This document shows positions 29,940 to 40,085 of a DNA stretch of 64,000 nucleotides, piece by piece (the first letter of the stretch is position 1; every line of letters starts with the position of its first letter). Origin of the DNA: Candidatus Hydrogenedentota bacterium (GTDB taxonomy: Bacteria > Hydrogenedentota > Hydrogenedentia > Hydrogenedentales > SLHB01); contig BTVY01000009.1 in the NCBI GenBank assembly GCA_045863335.1, positions 1-64,000 on the forward strand. Direction: 5' to 3'. Position numbers and translations under genes: made by a program. The notes beneath the pieces were generated by a model, which did no database searches, was not told the DNA's origin, and was given only the letters and a program-made list of their open reading frames with translations.

Positions 29940-31037
29940 TCACTCGAGGACCACCTCAACGCGGCGGTTCTCTGCGCGTCCGGAGGCAGAAGTGTTATCT
30001 GCGGCGGGCGCGCCTTCGCCGAGGGCGGAAACCACGATCTGGCCGGCGGGAGCGCCGTGTTCGACCAGGTACTGCTGAACCGCGTTCGAGCGCCGCTCGG
30101 AAAGCTTCTGGTTGTAGGCTTCCGACGAGGTGTTGTCGGTGTGGCCCTTGATGTGGAACTTCAGTTCCGGCCACTCTTTCAGGAGTTCGGCGATGCCGCG
30201 GAGGTAGCCTTTGGCATCCGACGAGAGCGTCGCGCTGCCGCTCGCGAACCGGATGGTTTCAAGCACGGGATACTCGTCCGGAGCGCCGTCAAAGTCGTGC
30301 CAGCGGTTCTTCGTTTCGGGATCGTTCGGCATGACATCGTCGAGGTCCAGCTCACCGTCTTGATCGTTGTCCGGATCGGGTACGCCGTCCTCGTCTTCGA
30401 AGTCGTCCTTGTCTTCGGGCGCCCACGGCGCACCGTCTTTCATGTCGATGATGCCGTCGCCATCGACATCCTGCGACCAAATCGTGTCGATGTCGGCTTC
30501 GACTGTGCGCAGATACCGGATTCCTTCCGGATAGTGGCACCGCTCGAGGATTTCATGCTCGCCCGCGCTAAGTGCGGCCTCGATATGGGCATAGAGCACC
30601 GGCGACACTTCGATGGCCTTTTCCTTGTCGAGTTCCTGGTAGCGGGCTTTCAGCCGCTCGAACTCCGCCACGGCGCCATCGTAATCGTCGGGCATGGCCA
30701 GCTCGCCGCCGTCCGGAATGCCGCCCTTGCTGATGGCGGCCTCGGCCATCTGACGGGCGAGTGCCGCGTAATCCCATTCGCCGCGCCGGCCGTTTTCGGC
30801 GCGCTCGTTATACGATTTCGCCAGGTACATCTCGGCCGAATAGTATTCGTAGGGCGCGTAATGCTGGGCGCCCACACGATGCGCCTGGTCAACCAGAGAC
30901 TCTACGTCGCGCGGATCGTCCTTGGATAGCTGGGAATAGTCACGAGAGATGGGTACCGTGTGCACTGCCGAGGATTGACACCCTACGGCGGTGACGAGGA
31001 GTACTGCCGCCCCGATAGTAACGCTAACTCGAAGCAT
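29940..31037 (-). CDS. OmpA-family lipoprotein with DUF4398-like helices and Asp-rich TSP3-like repeats
   Basis: AVGC lipobox, D.DGDG..D repeats, GHTD...N..LSERR, NRRVE; GGAGG ribosome-binding site. Confidence 0.9.
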   Translation of the reverse strand: MLRVSVTIGAAVLLVTAVGCQSSAVHTVPISRDYSQLSKDDPRDVESLVDQAHRVGAQHYAPYEYYSAEMYLAKSYNERAENGRRGEWDYAALARQMAEAAISKGGIPDGGELAMPDDYDGAVAEFERLKARYQELDKEKAIEVSPVLYAHIEAALSAGEHEILERCHYPEGIRYLRTVEADIDTIWSQDVDGDGIIDMKDGAPWAPEDKDDFEDEDGVPDPDNDQDGELDLDDVMPNDPETKNRWHDFDGAPDEYPVLETIRFASGSATLSSDAKGYLRGIAELLKEWPELKFHIKGHTDNTSSEAYNQKLSERRSNAVQQYLVEHGAPAGQIVVSALGEGAPAADNTSASGRAENRRVEVVLE

Positions 31038-31384
31038 GTTTAGAAAACCTCCTTTTCTTGCCTTGCCAATGGGAACGAGAAACACACCACACCTTTCGCC
31101 GATCCAGTACGCGAAAGGATTCACGCAATGAACATGAAAGTTCTGTTACCGTGGTCAGAAAGATTCTGAGACGAAAAGGAAAAAGGAACAGCGCCCCACG
31201 CTTGCTAGCACAAACCCACAATACACAGCAGCAGACAATTCACCCTACACACAATTCATACCACAGAATTCGTTGTATTGCCAAGTTCATCGGTGCCAAG
31301 TGCAGTTGTATCAATTGAATGCTCGGGTTGCGCCACGTACAATGCGGATTCACTCCGTAAGGCCTGGCAATTGCGGTATTTTAA

Positions 31385-33196
31385 ATGAATGTTCTCGGCA
31401 TATCAGCGTTTTACCACGACAGCGCGGCCTGCCTCCTTCAGAATGGCGACATTTCCGCCGCCGTTCAGGAGGAACGGTTTACGCGCCAGAAACACGACCC
31501 GCGGTTTCCCGACCTCGCGGTCGCGTACTGCCTAGAGCAGGCAGGTTTGACTATTGACGACATCGATTGCGTCGTCTTCTACGACAAGCCTTTCGTGAAA
31601 TTTGAACGATTGCTGATGACCTATATTGCCACGGCGCCAAAAGGATTGGCTTCGTTCATCAGCCAGATGCCTTTCTGGCTCAAAGAAAAACTCTTCACCC
31701 GAAATACCATCCGGCGTCAGCTTGGGTACCAGGGCGAGATCCTGTTCACGACGCACCACCAATCCCACGCCGCAGCGGCTTTCTTCCCCAGCCCGTTTGA
31801 GGAAGCGGCCATCGTAACGGTGGACGGCGTCGGCGAATGGGCGACGTCGACTTATGGGGTTGGAAGAGGAAATCACGTCGAGATTCTGAAGCAAATCAAC
31901 TTCCCGCATTCACTCGGATTGTTGTATTCCGCCTTCACGTACTTCACCGGATTCAAGGTCAACAGCGGCGAGTATAAGCTGATGGGACTCGCCCCTTACG
32001 GAAAACCGAAGTATGTCGATATCATTCGGCGGGAACTGATCGATATCAAAGACGACGGTTCGTTCCGGTTGAATATGGAGTATTTCGACTATTGCGCGGG
32101 ACTTCGCATGACCAACGAGCGGTTCGCCGAACTGTTTGGAGGACCGCGACGAGAACCCGAATCAAAGATCACGGGTCGGGAAATGGACCTGGCGCGGTCG
32201 GTCCAGGTCGTCATCGAAGACGCGCTTCTCGCCATCGCGCGTACCGCCCACAAAGAGACCGGAGCGCGTAACCTCGCGCTTGCCGGGGGTGTCGCCTTGA
32301 ATTGCGTCGCCAATGGCCGCTTGCTGCGGGAAGGTCCTTTCGATGAAATCTGGATTCAACCTTCCGCCAGCGATGCCGGGAATGCGCTGGGCTGCGCCCT
32401 CTTTGCCTGGCACCAGATCTACGGTAACGCGCGAACACCCGACCGGCGCCGCCAGAAAGCGACCTACCTCGGTCCGGCTTTCACGGATGAGAACATCGAA
32501 TCGTATCTCGTCGAAGAGCGCATCCCGCACCAGCGACTCGGCGAGAACGAGCTGTGTGAGAGGGTCGCCGGGCTACTCGCCGAAGAGAAGGTCGTCGGGT
32601 GGTTTCAAGGCCGTCTTGAGTTCGGCCCGCGTGCGCTTGGCGCGCGAAGCATCCTCGCGGATCCGCGGTCTCGCGACATGCAGTTCACGTTGAACGTAAA
32701 GATCAAATTCCGGGAGTCCTTTCGGCCGTTTGCGCCCTCGGTACTGCGCGAACACGTGTCGGACTACTTCGAGCTCGACCGCGAGAGTCCATACATGTTG
32801 CTGGTGGCGGATGTGAAGAAGGATCGCAGGCGCAAGCTGACCAAGAGGGAGCGCGAGGCATCGGGCTTCGAGAAATTGCGCGTGGTGCGATCCGACATCC
32901 CTGCGGTGACGCATGTGGACAATTCGGCGCGCATCCAGACAGTAGACCGGGAAGACAACCCCCTGTTTCACGAGTTGATCAGCCAGTTCCACCGGCGAAC
33001 CGGGTGCCCGGTCCTTATCAATACGTCGTTCAACGTCCGCGGAGAACCGATCGTCTGCACGCCGCGCGAAGCGTACGCGTGTTTCATGCGTACCCGCATG
33101 GACTACCTCGTTTTAGGGCCTTTTCTACTGGACAAACGCCAGCAACCCCTCTGGCCGGAGGAGGACCACTGGCAGGATACGTTCGAACTCGACTAG
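31385..33196 (+). CDS. Carbamoyltransferase (NodU/CmcH family)
   Basis: YHDSAA, EERF, HHQSHA, DGVGE, GEYKLMGLA, GGVALN, EFGPRALG, FRPFAP, NTSFN. Confidence 0.95.
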   Translation: MNVLGISAFYHDSAACLLQNGDISAAVQEERFTRQKHDPRFPDLAVAYCLEQAGLTIDDIDCVVFYDKPFVKFERLLMTYIATAPKGLASFISQMPFWLKEKLFTRNTIRRQLGYQGEILFTTHHQSHAAAAFFPSPFEEAAIVTVDGVGEWATSTYGVGRGNHVEILKQINFPHSLGLLYSAFTYFTGFKVNSGEYKLMGLAPYGKPKYVDIIRRELIDIKDDGSFRLNMEYFDYCAGLRMTNERFAELFGGPRREPESKITGREMDLARSVQVVIEDALLAIARTAHKETGARNLALAGGVALNCVANGRLLREGPFDEIWIQPSASDAGNALGCALFAWHQIYGNARTPDRRRQKATYLGPAFTDENIESYLVEERIPHQRLGENELCERVAGLLAEEKVVGWFQGRLEFGPRALGARSILADPRSRDMQFTLNVKIKFRESFRPFAPSVLREHVSDYFELDRESPYMLLVADVKKDRRRKLTKREREASGFEKLRVVRSDIPAVTHVDNSARIQTVDREDNPLFHELISQFHRRTGCPVLINTSFNVRGEPIVCTPREAYACFMRTRMDYLVLGPFLLDKRQQPLWPEEDHWQDTFELD

Positions 33197-33314
33197 CCCG
33201 GACTTGCGGCACCGTGTAGTCTACGCGACTTCCGCCGGAACCCCCGATGATCCCGCATTCCTCCCTAACCCGATCCCGACAATGGTACGTCGCGGCGATG
33301 AACCGGAGACGATA

Positions 33315-33343
33315 TTGAGAGTTCGAGACGGGGGTGATACACT
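33315..33343 (+). promoter_or_regulatory. Sigma70-type promoter upstream of the EIIA fusion gene
   Basis: TTGAGA-N17-TACACT with an extended -10 TG. Confidence 0.55.
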
Positions 33344-33484
33344 ACTGCCGCGGGAGCCACCGTCACTTTGCGGATGAACCCGAACGTCGATCAGGTTTAC
33401 CACGCATATAACGAATTGGGCCCAGGTACGGCACCTTCCAGGTGTACGACGGGAGGGGCTCTAGTGTTAAGGGATACCCAAGGA

Positions 33485-34315
33485 ATGATTCTCACCAAGT
33501 ACATCACGAAGCCGTGCGTTCTGCCTGAGATGACCGCCACCACCAAAGCGGACGCATTGAAAGAATTAACCCACTTGCTTTTCGAGAAGCGGAAGATGGA
33601 AGGTCACGGCCCCGCTCTGGACCAAATCATGGCGCGGGAAGTGACCGAGAGCACCGGGATTGGCCGGGGTATCGCCGTTCCCCATGCGCGCGTGACGGGG
33701 ATGAAGTCGCTGGCCTGCGCCGTGGGGCGGATCCCCGAAGGCCTGGATTTCATGGCCGTCGACCGGAAGCCGGTTCATCTCATTTTTCTGATTTGCTACC
33801 CGCCGACCGATCAGACTTCCTACCTCAATTTTGTGGCAACCGTGGCCAAGCTGCTGAGCGACAAGACCCATCTCAAGGCGATGCTCGAGGTGCCGACGGC
33901 GGACGAGATGTACGAAATGCTCGAGGCTACCTCGGAGTCGTTTGCGGAGTCTCACGAGCGGGATTTGCGCAAGATAAAAGCAGACCCCGAGTTGTCCAAG
34001 GTGACGGACGGGCATGCGGACCTGATTCTGCTTGCGCGGCTTCAGTTGTGTCAGGAGATGCTGCAGACCGCGAGAAGCGGGAAGACTCAGGTAAACCAGC
34101 GCATCGAAGCCATTCGCTCGCTTGTCGAGCCACGGGTGCTGAAGCACTACGATCGCCTCACCAAGAGCCGCGCGCCCGCGCTGGTGTCCGTCGAGGGTGA
34201 CACGTGCCAGGGCTGCTTCATGCGTTTGCCGTCCAAGTTTGTGCAGCAGGTCCGGCAGGACACAAAGCACATCCACACGTGCTCGAACTGTAGCCGGTTC
34301 ATTTACGTCGTATAG
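33485..34315 (+). CDS. PTS EIIA (Fru/Ntr-type) domain fused to a C4 zinc-ribbon (DUF164-like) domain
   Basis: RE...STGIG.GIAVPHAR with the phospho-His; C-terminal YDRL...CQGC...CSNCSR; ATG at 33485. Confidence 0.85.
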   Translation: MILTKYITKPCVLPEMTATTKADALKELTHLLFEKRKMEGHGPALDQIMAREVTESTGIGRGIAVPHARVTGMKSLACAVGRIPEGLDFMAVDRKPVHLIFLICYPPTDQTSYLNFVATVAKLLSDKTHLKAMLEVPTADEMYEMLEATSESFAESHERDLRKIKADPELSKVTDGHADLILLARLQLCQEMLQTARSGKTQVNQRIEAIRSLVEPRVLKHYDRLTKSRAPALVSVEGDTCQGCFMRLPSKFVQQVRQDTKHIHTCSNCSRFIYVV

Positions 34316-34378
34316 CCATAACGGCCGCTTGCCGCGGGATCGTGTAGTAAAGCCTTTTCAACCGGAGGTGTCACACGG

Positions 34379-34816
34379 ATGTCGACGACCAAGTACGAGG
34401 AGTTGGCCCGGCGGGTTCCCCTCTTTCGGGGTCTCAGTCCGGAGGATGTCGCCAAGATCATTGCAAAAGGCATGACGATGGATGTCAAGAAGGGCGAGGC
34501 GGTTTTCTACCAAGGCACGGTGGGCAATCAGATGTACGTCGTGCTGGGTGGCACAGTCGGCCTTTTTGATGGCAAGAAGCATCTGGCAAGCCTCCGGGCC
34601 GGCGATATGTTTGGAGAAATGGCGCTCATCAACAACGAGCCGCGAAGTGCAACGGCCATGGCCGCTGAAGACTGCCGGCTGTTTGTCTTGAGTGAAACCA
34701 CGTTCCAAAAGCTGATGACCAAGAAGGCAGCAATCCGTATTCTATTGAACATCATCGGCACGATGAGCAAGCGGCTCCGCGACATGAACGCGAAGATGGC
34801 CCAGCTTTCGGAGTAG
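34379..34816 (+). CDS. Stand-alone cyclic nucleotide-binding domain protein
   Basis: VPLFRGL, MYVV..G, FGEMAL...PRSATA; no HTH; GGAGG ribosome-binding site. Confidence 0.9.
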   Translation: MSTTKYEELARRVPLFRGLSPEDVAKIIAKGMTMDVKKGEAVFYQGTVGNQMYVVLGGTVGLFDGKKHLASLRAGDMFGEMALINNEPRSATAMAAEDCRLFVLSETTFQKLMTKKAAIRILLNIIGTMSKRLRDMNAKMAQLSE

Positions 34817-34900
34817 CCTCGGCCACCGGTTCTCGTGACTAAGTCCTCGCGACCGTCTGGATTCCCAATCCCGGAATCGCAGGTACCCACGGAGGATAAA

Positions 34901-36118
34901 ATGCAGCGAGCCATCATCGTGCTTGCGGGATGTCTTTTTGCGGCGACGGGTTTGACCCAAGCCCCCGACACGGGCACGCCGCGGGTGTTTCTGGTGGATG
35001 CGGAACGGCTCGTGGATGTGAGGGCGCGCATTGCCGCCGGTGACTCCGCTCTTGAACCAGCCTTTACCAGGTTGCTGCGCGACGCCGATGGCGCGATGGA
35101 CGAAGGTCCGTTTACGGTGGTTCACAAACCCATGGACCCGCCGAGCGGCGACAAGCATGACTACATGAGCGTGGGCCCCTATTGGTGGCCCAATCCTGAC
35201 ACGGAAGACGGCTTGCCCTACGTGCGCCGGGACGGCGAGACCAATCCGGAGCGGCACAAGTATGACAACGTGGGGCTCTCGAACATGTCCAGCGCGGTGC
35301 GCACACTCGCGTTGGCGTACTTCCTGACGGGGAAAGAAGCTTACGCTGAACGCGCGACGACACTGCTTCGGGTCTGGTTCCTGGACCCGGCAACCCGCAT
35401 GAATCCCAATCTCAACTTTGGCCAGGCCATTCCCGGGCGTGTGGAAGGCCGCGGCGTCGGCATCATCGATACCATGGGATTACCCCTGGTCGTTGACGCC
35501 GTCGGCATGCTGGGATCCTCCGGGGCGTGGACGCAATCGGCTCAGGAAGGTTTACAGCAGTGGTTCTCCGACTATCTGGACTGGATGTTGAATCACCCCT
35601 ACGGCAAGGACGAGCGCCGAGCGCGCAACAACCATGGGACATGGTACGACGTGCAAGCCGTAAGTTTTGCGCTATTCTCGGGACGCGATGAACTCGCGAA
35701 GGAGATTCTCGAATCCGTGCCGGACAACCGGATTGCGAAACACTTCGAACCGGACGGCAGCCAACCACACGAACTCGCGCGTACGAAGTCATTCGGCTAC
35801 AGTTGCATGAACCTCACGGGGTTCTTCTATCTCGCCGCGCTTGGCAATCATTTCAACCTGGACTTGTGGCGCCACACGACGGAAGATGGACGCGGCATAC
35901 GGGAAGGCCTCGACTGGATTCTTGAACATGCCTATGGGAAGGGCGAATGGAAACATCAGAATCTGTCGCCCATAACGCCCGACCGCCTGTTGCCCTTGCT
36001 GCGTATGGCGGCCATCGCCTATGAGGAACCGGCATACGAGCAGCAACTCCACGAACTCGGGGGCGACGATTGGGCCGCCGATCGCGTAAACCTGATCTGG
36101 AGCGCGCCGAAAAACTGA
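34901..36118 (+). CDS. Alginate lyase family protein (PL5-like), secreted
   Basis: PPSGDKHDY.S..PYWWP, RDGETNP, WFLDP.TRMNP, NNHGTWY, ELART...YS. Confidence 0.88.
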   Translation: MQRAIIVLAGCLFAATGLTQAPDTGTPRVFLVDAERLVDVRARIAAGDSALEPAFTRLLRDADGAMDEGPFTVVHKPMDPPSGDKHDYMSVGPYWWPNPDTEDGLPYVRRDGETNPERHKYDNVGLSNMSSAVRTLALAYFLTGKEAYAERATTLLRVWFLDPATRMNPNLNFGQAIPGRVEGRGVGIIDTMGLPLVVDAVGMLGSSGAWTQSAQEGLQQWFSDYLDWMLNHPYGKDERRARNNHGTWYDVQAVSFALFSGRDELAKEILESVPDNRIAKHFEPDGSQPHELARTKSFGYSCMNLTGFFYLAALGNHFNLDLWRHTTEDGRGIREGLDWILEHAYGKGEWKHQNLSPITPDRLLPLLRMAAIAYEEPAYEQQLHELGGDDWAADRVNLIWSAPKN

Positions 36119-36176
36119 ACGCGGGCGTGTTGCCCGCGCTCAGAAATCGTATCGCAACCGCTAATGGCGGCACCGT

Positions 36177-36680
36177 TTAGTAGTCGAGGGTTTCCTTGCG
36201 GATCTTTTCGGACTGTTCTTCGCGAAATGCGTGTATCCGTTTCGCCAGCGCCTCGTCCTGCAACGCCAGAATCGCCGCGGCGAAGAGCGCGGCATTCCCC
36301 GCGCCGGCATCGCCAATCGCCAAGGTCGCCACGGGGATACCCTTCGGCATTTGGACCATCGAAAGCAGCGAATCCAGCCCCTGAAGCGACTTCGATTGCA
36401 TAGGGACGCCCAGCACGGGGAGGGTGGTCTTGGCGGCGACCACGCCCGCGAGGTGGGCCGCGCCGCCCGCAGCCGCAATGAACACCTGGACGCCGCGCTT
36501 TTCCGCATCGGCCATGTACTCAAATAGTTCGTTGGGCGTGCGGTGCGCGGAAAGGACGCGGCATTCGTGCTCGATTTCCAGCTTCTTGAGCATGTCGCTG
36601 GTATTCTTCATGCAGTCCCAGTCGCTCTTGCTTCCCATAACCACAGCTACCCGAGGGGCGCCCGATTTCGCTCCGGCCAT
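36177..36680 (-). CDS. purE: N5-CAIR mutase
   Basis: MGSKSD, SAHRTP, AGGAAHL, QMPKGIPVAT. Confidence 0.96.
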   Translation of the reverse strand: MAGAKSGAPRVAVVMGSKSDWDCMKNTSDMLKKLEIEHECRVLSAHRTPNELFEYMADAEKRGVQVFIAAAGGAAHLAGVVAAKTTLPVLGVPMQSKSLQGLDSLLSMVQMPKGIPVATLAIGDAGAGNAALFAAAILALQDEALAKRIHAFREEQSEKIRKETLDY

Positions 36681-36948
36681 CGTGAGAAATCTCCTTTCGC
36701 ATGTATGGACATTAATTTGGCGCTGCCGCGCAGCAGGGATTTGGCGATGAAACAATGAAATGATGCGAATTATTCTACCCCGTTCAGGCTGCCCGTCGCA
36801 TCTTTTCCCGGCAACTGGGACGTATTTGGCCCGTGTGCATGGGAAGCGGTATAATCAGCGGTCGCCGTTCACAATCACACGCCGGAGACGGGACTCCCGC
36901 GCGTTATTCTTGTGATAAACCCTGCAATTGGAGTGAGAGAACCGTTCC

Positions 36949-38391
36949 ATGTCCGAGACAAAGCAGTTGGTTGAGCCGCGCACCTTGAAAGGCTTCCAGG
37001 ATTTGTTGCCGGAAGACCTGATCCCCCGCAAAGCGGTAATCGCATCGATTGAAACCGTCTTTCAGAAGTACGGGTTTGCCCCGCTGGAGACCCCGGCGCT
37101 CGAGCATCTGGACGTTCTCCTGGGCACCGGCGGCGAAGAAACCAACAAGGAACTGTTCCGCCAGGATAGCCCCGAGGGCGAACCCATCGCCATGCGGTTT
37201 GATTTAACCGTTCCCTTCGCACGGCTACTCGCCCAATACCCCGACAAACTCAAGGCCCCCTTCCGGCGCTACGCCATCGGCCCCGTCTGGCGGGCGGACA
37301 AGCCCGGTCCAGGCCGGTTCCGCCAGTTCACCCAGTTCGACATCGACGCTGCGGGGTCGGAGTCGGTCGCGGTGGATGCGGAAATCGTCTCCATCATGTG
37401 CGAAGTGATGGACGTGCTGGGCGTGCCGGACTATCGGGTTGTGATCAATAACCGCAAGGTCATCGATGCGCTCTTGTCCAGTTGCGGCATCGACGACCTC
37501 GGGCGCCAGAAACACGTGCTGCGCGTCATCGATAAGCTCGCCAAGGTGGGGATGGATAACGTCCGCCTCGAACTAGGCCCCGGCCGCATCGATGACTCCG
37601 GCGATCCAATTCCGGGAGTTGGGCTTGATGAGGAGACCATTGAGAAGGTGGTGTCCTTCGTCGGGCTCAAAGGCGGTACACGAGCGGAAGTTGTCGACCG
37701 ATTAGCCAAGGCCCTGCCTGAAACCGAGGCGTCTGCCGAGGCGGTGGCGGAAATGCGGTCCCTCGCGGATGCGCTGGCCGCACTCGGCGTAAGTGAACTC
37801 CATGCAGTCTTCGACCCGAGTCTCGCGCGCGGGCTCGACTATTACACGGGTCCCGTATTTGAAACGGTGCTGCCGAGCGCGCCGGAGTTCGGGTCCGTCA
37901 TGGGCGGCGGCCGCTACGACGGGCTCGTGTCGCGCTTTATGGACCGCGCCATCCCGAGCACGGGTATGTCCGTGGGACTCGATCGGCTTCTAGCGGCGTT
38001 GTCCCACCTCGGTCTGGCGACGCGTGAACGAACGACGGTGCAGGCCCTCGTGGTCAGTCTCGGGGGCGTGCCGGAGGCCGAAGCCCTTAAAATTGCGAAA
38101 GAACTGCGGGACGCGGGAATCCGGGCGGAAGCCTATTTCGGCAAGAAGCGGAACATGAAAGTGCAGCTTTCCCACGCCGATCACTACGAGATTCCCGTCG
38201 CGGTCATCGTGGGCGGAGACGAGTTGGCCGCCGGAGTCGTGTCGGTCAAAGATCTGCATGCCGGCAAGCGGGAACGCGAAGAAATCGAGGATCGCGAAGC
38301 TTACCGGCAGGCTGGGAAGACCGGCCAAGTCACTGTGCCCCGGGGCGAAATGATCGCGACGGTACGGGGGTATCTCAATTTACCACGGTAG
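36949..38391 (+). CDS. hisS: Histidine-tRNA ligase
   Basis: RFDLTVP, WRADKP..GRFRQF.Q.D, RGLDYYTG, GGGRYD, anticodon-binding domain. Confidence 0.96.
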   Translation: MSETKQLVEPRTLKGFQDLLPEDLIPRKAVIASIETVFQKYGFAPLETPALEHLDVLLGTGGEETNKELFRQDSPEGEPIAMRFDLTVPFARLLAQYPDKLKAPFRRYAIGPVWRADKPGPGRFRQFTQFDIDAAGSESVAVDAEIVSIMCEVMDVLGVPDYRVVINNRKVIDALLSSCGIDDLGRQKHVLRVIDKLAKVGMDNVRLELGPGRIDDSGDPIPGVGLDEETIEKVVSFVGLKGGTRAEVVDRLAKALPETEASAEAVAEMRSLADALAALGVSELHAVFDPSLARGLDYYTGPVFETVLPSAPEFGSVMGGGRYDGLVSRFMDRAIPSTGMSVGLDRLLAALSHLGLATRERTTVQALVVSLGGVPEAEALKIAKELRDAGIRAEAYFGKKRNMKVQLSHADHYEIPVAVIVGGDELAAGVVSVKDLHAGKREREEIEDREAYRQAGKTGQVTVPRGEMIATVRGYLNLPR

Positions 38392-38513
38392 GTTAGCCGG
38401 ATCACCTATTCCCTGTCCGCCGGGTTCCCGGCACACGGGGGCGTCACCACAAAATCGCGCGTATCATCCGTTTCATGCTACACTTGCGCGCTCATATCTT
38501 TGGAGTTCTTGAA

Positions 38514-39347
38514 ATGCTGGGGTTTAGAACACTGGTCCGGGATGCCTTAATCGAGGACATCGGCCAGGGCGACATTACGACGAATGCGACGGTTCCGCCG
38601 AACGTCCGCTGCAAGGCGCGTCTCTACGCGAAGCAGGATGGTGTGCTGAGCGGGATTACCATTTTTCGCACTGTCTTCGAGGAATCCGGCGCGGAAATCG
38701 CCGACTGGTATTCGTTGGAAGACGGCACTCACTTTACTTCAGGACAGGACGTTGCCCTGTTTTCCGGCGTCACGCGATGCGTGCTGGCCGGTGAACGCGT
38801 GGCGCTGAACTTTGTGCAGCGGCTCTCGGGTGTGGCGACGTTTACGGCGAAATTTGTGGCCGAGGTCGAGGACTTGGGTGTGCGAATCTGCGATACCCGC
38901 AAGACAACACCGCTCATGCGCAATCTGGAAAAGCAGGCGGTTATCCACGGCGGCGGCGCGAACCACCGGTTCGCGCTCTTCGACGGCGTTCTCATCAAGG
39001 AAAACCACATTACCGCGGCGGGCGGCGTGACGAATGCCGTGACTCGCGCCATCAAAGGCACCCATCATCTCATGAAGGTCGGCGTGGAAGTCACAAACCT
39101 CGCGGAGTTCGACGAGGCTATTGCGAGCGGAGCCGACGCGGTCTTGCTGGACAACATGAGCCTGGACGATATGCGCGAAGCGGCGGAACGCGCGAGGGAA
39201 CACAAGGTGGTGCTGGAGGCCAGTGGCAACGTGTGTCTGGAACGCCTGCGCGCCATCGCGGAGACCGGCGTACACGTGATTTCTATCGGCGCGCTGACAC
39301 ACTCGGCGCCGGCCATTGACTTCTCCATTGAAATCGCCAATGTCTAA
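38514..39347 (+). CDS. nadC: Nicotinate-nucleotide diphosphorylase (quinolinate phosphoribosyltransferase)
   Basis: ED...GDITT, ERVALN, DTRKTTP, LIKENH, LLDNM, EASGN, GALTHS. Confidence 0.96.
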   Translation: MLGFRTLVRDALIEDIGQGDITTNATVPPNVRCKARLYAKQDGVLSGITIFRTVFEESGAEIADWYSLEDGTHFTSGQDVALFSGVTRCVLAGERVALNFVQRLSGVATFTAKFVAEVEDLGVRICDTRKTTPLMRNLEKQAVIHGGGANHRFALFDGVLIKENHITAAGGVTNAVTRAIKGTHHLMKVGVEVTNLAEFDEAIASGADAVLLDNMSLDDMREAAERAREHKVVLEASGNVCLERLRAIAETGVHVISIGALTHSAPAIDFSIEIANV

Positions 39348-40080
39348 GACGATTCGCCAACCCTTGACGCTTGCCACGCCGTTGAATACGACGTTTGTTG
39401 GTTCACGTGTGCTGGTATATGAAGAGGTGACCTCGACCAACGACCGCGCTCTTGCCTTGGGCGGCGACGGGCTGGTGGTAGCCGCCGACATGCAGACCGC
39501 CGGGCGCGGGCGTCACGGCCGATCCTGGCACAGTGAACCCGGCCTGGGGCTGTGGTTCAGCGTTGTGTTCGAACGGCCGCTGGAGGGATTGCCTTTGGCC
39601 GCGCCGTTAGCCGTGCGCGATGTTTTGAAGGCCTGGGGCGAAGCCGTCGTCAAATGGCCAAATGATGTGCTCCTCAATGGACGCAAGGTCTGCGGCGTGC
39701 TCGTGGAAAGCCGGCGCAACCGCACGGCGCTGGGAATCGGCATCAACGTGCACCACACGGAGGACGATTTCCCTTTTGAACTGCGCGACCGCGCGACCTC
39801 CGTGGAGATGGCTTCGGGCAGAACGTGTGATCGTCGGGTGTTGCTCCGGGACGTCCTGGTGCGGCTCGACGAGCGTGTCGCGCAACTGCGGGGCGGAGGC
39901 TTTGCTCAAATTCACGCGGAGTGGTCCGAGACTTGCCGTATCGTGGGACGCCGGATTCGTCATGAGGGGATCGAAGGCATCGTGAAGTCCGTGGACCGCG
40001 ACGGAGCGCTTGTGGTTGAAACGCCGAAGGGGCGGGAGCGGATTCTGTTGGGTGAGATCATCGAATTGGACGGAGCCTAG
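39340..40080 (+). CDS. birA: Biotin-protein ligase without an N-terminal HTH
   Basis: STN, QTAGRGR.GRSW, KWPND, KVCGVLVE, GIGIN. Confidence 0.93.
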   Translation: MSKTIRQPLTLATPLNTTFVGSRVLVYEEVTSTNDRALALGGDGLVVAADMQTAGRGRHGRSWHSEPGLGLWFSVVFERPLEGLPLAAPLAVRDVLKAWGEAVVKWPNDVLLNGRKVCGVLVESRRNRTALGIGINVHHTEDDFPFELRDRATSVEMASGRTCDRRVLLRDVLVRLDERVAQLRGGGFAQIHAEWSETCRIVGRRIRHEGIEGIVKSVDRDGALVVETPKGRERILLGEIIELDGA

Positions 40081-40085
40081 GACGC

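Noticed and set aside
31040-31384. CA-rich divergent intergenic region with two ACAATTCA copies and a small hairpin
   Set aside because: No riboswitch or sigma54 consensus could be matched; consistent with an ordinary promoter region.
33274-33455. Possible 6S RNA (GGGAGCC and ACGGCAC words, terminal pairing)
   Set aside because: Spacing does not fit 6S, a good sigma70 promoter lies in the middle, and the zapA/ygfA context is absent; kept only as a structured-leader candidate.
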